Part shown: positions 57,487-64,000 of the stretch, one piece after another
How positions within the stretch are numbered: the first letter of the stretch is position 1
How the letters are laid out: every line of letters starts with the position of its first letter
From: Candidatus Sumerlaeia bacterium
GTDB lineage: Bacteria; Sumerlaeota; Sumerlaeia; SLMS01; JANRJK01
Assembly: GCA_033764015.1 (NCBI GenBank)
Contig: JANRJK010000036.1
Span: 224,001 to 288,000 of the forward strand
Reading direction: 5' to 3'
DNA length: 64,000 nucleotides
The notes under the pieces: generated by a model
Told to the model about the DNA's origin: nothing
Seen by the model: only the letters and a program-made list of their open reading frames with translations
The model's database searches: none
Program-made: the position numbers and the translations under genes

Positions 57487-58284
57487 ATGCGCGGTGCCCT
57501 GATCGCCCTTTCCCTGCTGCTGGCCGCGTTGATCCCCGTCGCCGCCGGCGCACAGCCCGTCGGCGAGACCGTCGTTTACAAGGAGGGCGAGACCGAGTTG
57601 GAAGGCTTCGTCGTCTCCCCGGCCAAGCCCGGCGAGAAGCTCCCCGCGGTCCTTGTGGTCCACGAGTGGATGGGGCTGAACGACTTCGCGAAAGAGCAGG
57701 CGGCGCGCGTCGCGGACCTCGGCTATGTGGGCTTCGCGGTGGACATCTACGGCAAAGGCGTCCGGGCGAAGGACGCGCAGGAGGCGGGGCAGCTCGCGGG
57801 CAAGTACCGCTCCGGCGACCGGGCGCTGCTCCGGGCCCGCATCAACGCCGCGCTCGAAGAGGTCCGCAAGCGCCCCGACGTCGATGCGGACCGCATCGCG
57901 GCGATCGGCTTCTGCTTCGGCGGCTCGACGGTGCTCGAACTGGCGCGCTCCGGCGCCGATGTGCGTGGCGTCGTGAGCTTCCACGGCGGCATCGCCCCGG
58001 TCGACCCGGCGGACGCGAAAAACATCAAGGCGAAGGTGCTCGTGCTCCATGGCGCGGTCGACCCGTACGATCCGCGCGAGGAAGTGATCGCCTTCGAAGA
58101 CGAGATGAACGCCGCCGGCGTTGACTACGAAGTGGTGCTCTACAGCGGCACGGTGCACAGCTTCACGAACCCCGGCGCGGGGAACGACCCTTCGCGCGGC
58201 GCGGCGTACAACGAGCGTTCGGCCAAGCGCGCCTTCGCCCGTATGGAGGACTTCCTCGCGGAAGTCTTCGCGCCCAAGAAGTAA
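57487..58284 (+). CDS. Dienelactone hydrolase family protein (exported)
   Basis: Signal peptide, HEWMG, nucleophile motif GFCFGG, HGAVDP and HSFTNP. Confidence 0.93.
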   Translation: MRGALIALSLLLAALIPVAAGAQPVGETVVYKEGETELEGFVVSPAKPGEKLPAVLVVHEWMGLNDFAKEQAARVADLGYVGFAVDIYGKGVRAKDAQEAGQLAGKYRSGDRALLRARINAALEEVRKRPDVDADRIAAIGFCFGGSTVLELARSGADVRGVVSFHGGIAPVDPADAKNIKAKVLVLHGAVDPYDPREEVIAFEDEMNAAGVDYEVVLYSGTVHSFTNPGAGNDPSRGAAYNERSAKRAFARMEDFLAEVFAPKK

Positions 58285-58314
58285 GCCGGCATCGATCCGG
58301 GAGGAGCGCGCCGC

Positions 58315-59382
58315 ATGGACCCGCTGACGCAAATGGCGCTGGGCGCCGCCGCCGGTGTCGCCGTTGCGGGCCGCAAGCTGCCGCGCGCCTCGCTGCTGGT
58401 CGGCGCGCTGGCGGGCGCGTTGCCCGACCTTGACGTCATCATCCATATCCCCGGCGATCCGTTGTCGGGGATCATCTACCACCGGCACTTCACGCACTCG
58501 ATCTTCCTAGCTCCGGTCATCGGCCTGCTCGCCGCGGCGGTGTTCATGCCGATGAAGCGTTATGCGCACCTGCGCCTGTGGTTGGCGGCGGCGGGCATCG
58601 CCGGCGCGCTGAGCCATGCGCCGCTCGATTGGATGACGAGCTACGGCACGCTGATCCTCTGGCCCTTCACCAACGCGCGGTTCGCGACGGACTGGCTTCC
58701 TATCATCGACCCGATCTTCACGCTGACGTTGATCGGCATCCTGGTGGCGGCGGGCTGCACGCGCCGCGCGGCGCTTCGGCCAGCGGGGCTGGCGTTTTGC
58801 GCGCTCTTCTTCGCCGCCGGGATCTGGCAGCATTCGCTCGCGACGGGCGCCACGCGGGAACTCGCCGCGGCGCGCGGCCACGAGCCGGTCCGGGTCCGGG
58901 CGCTGGCGCTGCCGGGGTCGCTGCTGCTCTGGCGGAGCGTCTACGAAGCGGACGGCCAGCTCCACCTCGACAGCTTCCGCACCGGGTTCCTCCGCGGCAC
59001 CATGGCGAGGCCCGGCGCGACCGTTACGCTCGTGCGCGAATCCGATCTCCCCGCGCACTTCGCCAGCGACCCCGAGGCCCTGCGCGCGTTCCGCGTGTGG
59101 GACTGGTTCACGGACGGCTACACGGCGTGGGTCGAAGGTGGCGAAGGGCGCACGCTGGGCGACTACCGCTATGTGCTGGACGCGGAGCGCGGCACGCCGA
59201 TGTGGGGGATCGAGCTGGATCCGGACGCCCCGCGCCATGTGCGGCGCGTGAGCTTCCGCCCGAGCGCGGAGCGCTCGAAAGAGGAACTGCTCGCCGGCAT
59301 CTTCCGCCCGGAGGAGCAGTATCAGCCGCTCGAGGACGTTGTGGCGTCGATCCGTGCCGCGGCGGTGGCTTCCCCCCGCTGA
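58315..59382 (+). CDS. Membrane metal-dependent hydrolase (YbcI/YdjM/YfhP-like)
   Basis: Motifs MDPLTQ, LPDLD, HRHFTHS, SHAPLDWMTSYGT..LWPF and IIDP. Confidence 0.88.
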   Translation: MDPLTQMALGAAAGVAVAGRKLPRASLLVGALAGALPDLDVIIHIPGDPLSGIIYHRHFTHSIFLAPVIGLLAAAVFMPMKRYAHLRLWLAAAGIAGALSHAPLDWMTSYGTLILWPFTNARFATDWLPIIDPIFTLTLIGILVAAGCTRRAALRPAGLAFCALFFAAGIWQHSLATGATRELAAARGHEPVRVRALALPGSLLLWRSVYEADGQLHLDSFRTGFLRGTMARPGATVTLVRESDLPAHFASDPEALRAFRVWDWFTDGYTAWVEGGEGRTLGDYRYVLDAERGTPMWGIELDPDAPRHVRRVSFRPSAERSKEELLAGIFRPEEQYQPLEDVVASIRAAAVASPR

Positions 59383-59709
59383 CCCGGCACTGTACCGGAT
59401 GGTGCGCTGGTGGACGCTGCGGGTCCGCATTGCAGCACCGATCCAGAAACAAACTTAATGATATCAATAATCAAGGAGGCGGCACCGGGGTTGCCGAGGC
59501 GTGGGCTGGAACCCGTACGACTAGCAGGGGCTTTCCGCGCGGTTGGGCCGGCGGAACCTCCGGCCGACCGGCCACCAGATGGGATGTTCGCGCTTGCCCT
59601 CGTTTGTCCGCATCCGGACCCAATGCCAGACTGGCCGACGGCGCCTATCCGATTTCCCCCACCAATGGGGGAAATCCGCGCCGCGGAATCCAACTGACGA
59701 GGTGAGATC

Positions 59710-60300
59710 ATGCGGAAGTCCATGCTCGTAGGCGCGGTGGCGACGGTCTTGGCGGCGGCGGTGGTGTTTTGCGTCGCGCAGGATGGAATGGAGGACGCAG
59801 GGCATTCGACGGGCGGGATGCCGGTGTTCAAGGCCGGACCGGAGCAGGAAGGCCTGAAGAGGCTCGTCGGGAAGTGGACCTCGGAGATGACGATGCCGAT
59901 GGGACCGGGGATGCCCGACATGAAGTCCACCGGTTCGAGCGAGATCACGATGGTGGGGGAATTCTGGGCGGTCGAGCGCGCGACGTTCAACATGATGGAT
60001 ACTGAGATGGCCGGCCTCGGCATCTACGGCTACGACATCGTGAAGAAGGCGCACACGTCCAAGTGGGTGGACTCTTATGCCCCTTACGCCATGGATATAG
60101 AGGGGACGGTCGACAAGGACGGCAAGATGGTGATGACCGGCATGGGCCCGGACATGGCCATGAACGTCGACAACCTCACCGAGTACAAGATGGTGGGCAC
60201 TTGGGTGGACGACGACACCCGCACCATGGACATGTTCATCATGATGCCCGATGGGCAGGAGATGAAGATCTGGTCGATGACGGCGAAGCGCGCCGAGTAG
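59710..60300 (+). CDS. DUF1579-like secreted beta-barrel protein (Met-rich)
   Basis: GAGGTG RBS, signal peptide, LKRLVGKW and GYD..KK.H.S.WVDS motifs. Confidence 0.75.
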   Translation: MRKSMLVGAVATVLAAAVVFCVAQDGMEDAGHSTGGMPVFKAGPEQEGLKRLVGKWTSEMTMPMGPGMPDMKSTGSSEITMVGEFWAVERATFNMMDTEMAGLGIYGYDIVKKAHTSKWVDSYAPYAMDIEGTVDKDGKMVMTGMGPDMAMNVDNLTEYKMVGTWVDDDTRTMDMFIMMPDGQEMKIWSMTAKRAE

Positions 60301-60313
60301 CCGGCGGACCCCC

Positions 60314-60348
60314 CGGCGCGCCTCCGCCAACGGGGCGGGGGCGCGCCG
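60314..60348 (+). terminator. Hairpin downstream of the DUF1579-like gene
   Basis: CGGCGCGCCTCCGCC-AACGG-GGCGGGGGCGCGCCG forms a 15-bp stem with one G-U pair. Confidence 0.5.
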
Positions 60349-60425
60349 CTAAACCACTTTTCCACAAGATCGCTCTTGCCACCGTCCGGGGTGCGGGCCC
60401 GTGACGATCTTTCCGAAGGCAGTCA

Positions 60426-62855
60426 ATGCGCCCCCCGGGGCGCCCTCGGAAAGCGGACATGGACGGCAGACCCCTCCCTGCCGAAGTGCCGGTGGCCCGG
60501 AACGCCTCGCAGACCTCTGCCCCGCCGCAAAGCCACGGCGGGACCGGGCCCTGTCTTCCGGCGCTCCTCTCCCCCCTCCCCTTCACCGAAGGCGACCTGA
60601 CCGCAGGCTGCGAGCACGAGCTCCAAGCCGCCGTCTTCGGGACGCGCGACAGCGTCGACCTCCCCCTCGTTATCCAACAGTCGAACTTCTACCGGAACCT
60701 GTGCAAGCGGGTGGAGCGCGGCGACGCGCCCCGCAGCGCGCTATCGAAGCTGGAGCACCTCCTCGAGGACGCGGGGCCGCAGGGCTGGGACAATAGCTGG
60801 GTGCGCTTCCCGCTCGCATTCCTGAACGAGGAGGCGCGGGCGACGCTGCGGGCGGACCTGCGCGCCGACAAGTCGGACGCCGCGAGCCCGCCCCGCGGCG
60901 ACGAGCGGAGCTTCTTCGTCGAGCGCGAGGACGGCGACCACTGGGTGCGGGTGCCTGTGAGCTACCTGCTGAAGCTGTCGCTGGCGCAGATCGCCGGCGG
61001 CGACGACGACCTGCCGGCGGGGCTCCGCGCGGCGGTCCGCGATCTGCAGCAGCACTACCTCTCGGACAACTCGTCCCCGGAGCTGACCAGCTTCCGGGTG
61101 GTGCCGCTGCGCGCCTCGCGGGGCCTCGGGCGGGCGCTCGGGACGGAGGCCGCCAAGCGCCTCCTCCTCACCTACCTCCTCGCCGAGTACGCCAACGACG
61201 AGTTCCGCCTGCGCGCCCTCGGGCAGGACGCGTCGGTGCACCAGTCCGCCAGCCCCAGCGCGCGCCAGCGCGAGATCAACGAGGCAGTGACGGACTCCTT
61301 CTACCGCGAGCTCTACATGAGCCCGTGCCTCTCCGGCTGGGAGCGCGGCGAGGAGAAGCTCGAGTACATGCGGCTCTGCCACCAGGTGCTGACCTGGAGC
61401 CAGCTCTGCGCGACGGTGAAGCTGCGCGACGCGGGGATCGTGGCGAACAACCTGATGGTGCCGCCCAGCCTCTCGACGCTGAGCCTCGCCAACAACGGCG
61501 TGCACATCACGATCGGCAGCCGGCGGCTCTCCGCGATGGGGCGCGCCGGGCACCCGGACTGGACGCCCGCCGCGGAGAAGCGCGTCGGCGACCTGGTGAC
61601 GAAGGTGGTCGAGCACTTCATGCCGCTCTTCCCCGGGGTCTTCAGCGCGGCGCCGCGCCGCATCGACTTCCGCCAGTTCCACCCGGAGCTGGTCCTCGGC
61701 TACCTGCCGCACGAGCTGGACTACTCGCACCTGCGCCCGCTCTGGCGCCGCTGGCGGCGCAAGGCGGACATCAAGTTCCTCGGCGCGACGATCACGCCCT
61801 TCGGCCCCCGGTGGATCGACGCGGCGGCGGGGACGCTGCTGGGGCTGCGCGGCGACTTCGTCCCCGACGCGCGGCTGCTCGAGTACCTGGTCTCGCCGCT
61901 CAGCACCCCCGAGAGCCCCGCGCTGGACGGGAGCGAGGGGAACTGGGACCGGCTGAAGAGCGACCTCGCGGACCACGGAGTCTTCCACAAGCGCCTCTCG
62001 CTCTACCTGATGTTCCGCCAGCGCTTCGCGAAGCAGCACGGCTTCTGCGGCTATGAAGGCCGCGCGCACAGCCTCTTCCCGCGCTTCAGCGACCTCGGCG
62101 ACGCGGCGAGCCTGCAGGCGCTCCTGTGCGCCCACGCCACCCGGCTGGTCGCGACCGGCGCGGTGGCGCACGCGGACATCCCCGACACGCCGGAGGCGGA
62201 GAGCGAGCGGCGCCAGTTCTTCTTCGCCGGCGCCATCGGCCTCAAGAGCCTCAACACCCGCCCGGAGGCGGGGAACCGCTTCCTCGCGGGGCTGCTGTCG
62301 CGCGCCGCGGACGCGAAGCCGAGCCGCCGCTATCCGGACCGCATGAAGGTGAAGCTCGCCGGCTACCGCCGCGCGCTGGTGGCGTCGCTGCGCGAGGACT
62401 CCGCGGACCTGGTGGAGCAACTCGGCCTGGGGGGGATGCTGGACGGCCTCGAGCGGCGCCTCGATCCCGCGACCGGCGAGGGCGCGGCGGAGCAATTGAC
62501 GCGCGGCATCCTCGCGGTGGCCGGCGCGCGGACGCCGATGGCGCTCTCCGCCCGCGAGTTCGACGAGGCGGCGGAGCAGCACGCGCTGGGGCTGCTGCGC
62601 GCGGCGCACTTGGCGGAGGGCCTCGAGTCGCTGCGCGCGGACCTCGCGCTGGCGGCGTCGCACGGCCACCCCGCGGCCGCCGCCGCAGGCGAATGGCCCG
62701 CCCTCTGCCGCGAGGCGGAATCGGCATTCGCGCGCGGCTCGCGGCTCGATCCGCGGCTCGTGCGCAGGCTCCTTGCGGCAACCGTCGCGTCCATCGCGGC
62801 GGACGCCGAACTCGACCACCTCCCGGAGGCGAATGATGCAGCACCAGTACATTGA
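60426..62855 (+). CDS. Hypothetical protein, probable glutamine synthetase/gamma-glutamylcysteine ligase-fold (COOH-NH2) ligase
   Basis: Ordered motifs TAGCEHELQ (GxExE), SPELTS, NNGVHITIG (GxHxxxG) and GYEGR (ExR). The start may instead be 60459. Confidence 0.55.
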   Translation: MRPPGRPRKADMDGRPLPAEVPVARNASQTSAPPQSHGGTGPCLPALLSPLPFTEGDLTAGCEHELQAAVFGTRDSVDLPLVIQQSNFYRNLCKRVERGDAPRSALSKLEHLLEDAGPQGWDNSWVRFPLAFLNEEARATLRADLRADKSDAASPPRGDERSFFVEREDGDHWVRVPVSYLLKLSLAQIAGGDDDLPAGLRAAVRDLQQHYLSDNSSPELTSFRVVPLRASRGLGRALGTEAAKRLLLTYLLAEYANDEFRLRALGQDASVHQSASPSARQREINEAVTDSFYRELYMSPCLSGWERGEEKLEYMRLCHQVLTWSQLCATVKLRDAGIVANNLMVPPSLSTLSLANNGVHITIGSRRLSAMGRAGHPDWTPAAEKRVGDLVTKVVEHFMPLFPGVFSAAPRRIDFRQFHPELVLGYLPHELDYSHLRPLWRRWRRKADIKFLGATITPFGPRWIDAAAGTLLGLRGDFVPDARLLEYLVSPLSTPESPALDGSEGNWDRLKSDLADHGVFHKRLSLYLMFRQRFAKQHGFCGYEGRAHSLFPRFSDLGDAASLQALLCAHATRLVATGAVAHADIPDTPEAESERRQFFFAGAIGLKSLNTRPEAGNRFLAGLLSRAADAKPSRRYPDRMKVKLAGYRRALVASLREDSADLVEQLGLGGMLDGLERRLDPATGEGAAEQLTRGILAVAGARTPMALSAREFDEAAEQHALGLLRAAHLAEGLESLRADLALAASHGHPAAAAAGEWPALCREAESAFARGSRLDPRLVRRLLAATVASIAADAELDHLPEANDAAPVH

Positions 62856-63828
62856 GCGGACGAGCGGCGCGGTCCGCACGGAACGGCTCTTCAAGGACAA
62901 GGTCGTGCGCACGATCTACAGCGACGTGCGCGAGAAGGCGCCCTTCCTCCTCAACGCGCTGACGGCGGGATGGACAACGGACCTGATCGCATTCGTGACC
63001 TACGACTTCCCCGCAGTGCGCTGGGTGGCCGGGAACCAGAAGTTCCTCGACGAGCTGAAGCTCGACTACTCCGAGTGCATCCAGCCGATCGAGTGGTTCG
63101 ACACGCCGCGCAAGGTGTTCGAGCGACAGATCCGCTACTGGGAGTGCCGGCCGATGCCGGAGGACGAGGGCGTCGCGGTGTCGCCGGCGGACTCGCGCGT
63201 GATCGTCGGCAGCTTCGCCGAGACGTCCTCCGTGTTCCTGAAGGACAAGTTCTTCACGCAGGCGGAGCTGCTCGGGCGCGAGCGCTGGCGCGATCGGTTC
63301 GCCGACGGCGACTTCGCCGTGTGCCGCCTGACGCCGGACAAGTACCACTACAACCACTCGCCGGTTTCCGGCGTGGTGGAGGACTTCTACGCGGTCGAAG
63401 GCGCCTACCACGCCTGCAACCCGACGGCGATCGTCACGGTCGGCGACACGTACTCGAAGAACCGCCGCGTGGTGACGATCATCGACACGGACGTCGAGGG
63501 GGGCTCGCGCATGGGCAAGGTGGCCCTGATCGAGATCGTCGCGCTGATGATCGGCGACGTGAAGCAATCCTACAGCGACGAGAAGTACGACGCGCCGCGG
63601 GACGTGGCGCCGGGCCTCTTCATGAAGCGCGGCCAGCCCAAGAGCCTTTACCGCCCCGGCAGCAGCACCGACATCGTGGTGTTCGAGAGGGGCCGGGTCG
63701 CCTTCGAGCCCGACATCGTGGCGAACATGCGGCGCACCGACGCGGAGAGCCGCTTCTCCCTAGGCTTCGGCCAGCCGCTGGTCGAGACGGAGCTGAACGT
63801 GCGCAGCGCGATCGCGCGGCGCCTCTGA
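62833..63828 (+). CDS. Phosphatidylserine decarboxylase family (pyruvoyl) proenzyme
   Basis: Motifs VSPADSR, RLTPDKYHYNHSPVSG, KNRR, EIVALMIG and the self-cleavage motif PGSST. Overlaps the upstream gene. Confidence 0.85.
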   Translation: MMQHQYIERTSGAVRTERLFKDKVVRTIYSDVREKAPFLLNALTAGWTTDLIAFVTYDFPAVRWVAGNQKFLDELKLDYSECIQPIEWFDTPRKVFERQIRYWECRPMPEDEGVAVSPADSRVIVGSFAETSSVFLKDKFFTQAELLGRERWRDRFADGDFAVCRLTPDKYHYNHSPVSGVVEDFYAVEGAYHACNPTAIVTVGDTYSKNRRVVTIIDTDVEGGSRMGKVALIEIVALMIGDVKQSYSDEKYDAPRDVAPGLFMKRGQPKSLYRPGSSTDIVVFERGRVAFEPDIVANMRRTDAESRFSLGFGQPLVETELNVRSAIARRL

Positions 63829-63849
63829 CCTGCGAAAGGACCGCGTTCC

Positions 63850-64000
63850 ATGCAGGAGCTGATCTTCATTGGAGTCCTCGGCGGCGCGCTCGCCGCGCTT
63901 TACGTCTGGGCGTTCCGCACGCTCCCCGGAGCGCGCTGGCAATTCGCCGCCGCGGTACCGGTCGCGGCGCTCCCGGACGGCGGCTGGCGCGGACTGAACC
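63850..64000 (+). CDS. Membrane protein, possibly Lgt (prolipoprotein diacylglyceryl transferase)-like; 3'-truncated
   Basis: ATG after AAAGGA, then MQELIFIGVLGGALAALYVWAFRTLPGARWQFAAAVP...WRGLN. The family guess rests on recalled gene context and only 50 aa are visible. Confidence 0.4.
   Translation, partial: MQELIFIGVLGGALAALYVWAFRTLPGARWQFAAAVPVAALPDGGWRGLN

Noticed and set aside
59492..59521. Intact tRNA gene
   Set aside because: Only a degenerate 3'-like fragment is present. The T-stem does not pair and no D or anticodon arms are evident.

Overview
A GC-rich (roughly 70-80%) bacterial chromosome segment of about 44 protein-coding genes. I found no rRNA, intact tRNA, CRISPR array, transposase or integrase. 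The housekeeping backbone is tmk, ugd, deoC, obgE, rpiB-like, tsaD, alaS, corA, oppA-like, dusB-like, pheS and pheT, plus envelope glycan genes. The style of the N-methylation pilins (FTLIELLIVVAI...PNFLxAQxRSKVSRVxADxR...YDPxNGxxSxG) suggests candidate phylum Sumerlaeota/BRC1; this is an inference. The most notable signal is a recurring module, present twice (41714-43928 and 54196-57390), of a pilin/pseudopilin followed by two paralogous secreted proteins. These four proteins, plus a secreted sugar-dehydrogenase/diheme cytochrome, all end in a short Trp-centred C-terminal motif (SWSLYE, NWEAMN, SWFYYE, GWTLR, GWMLY), which looks like a candidate lineage-specific sorting signal. Other candidate systems: (1) an operon of a GS/GCS-fold ligase-like protein, a PSD-like pyruvoyl decarboxylase and an Lgt-like membrane protein; (2) an AsmA/YdbH-like bridge protein, a DUF1318 lipoprotein and a giant exported TPR-CHAT protease; (3) DeoC and RpiB with microcompartment-type extensions; (4) an orphan mini-secretin-like protein. 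All family calls come from motif recognition by eye, not from database searches.
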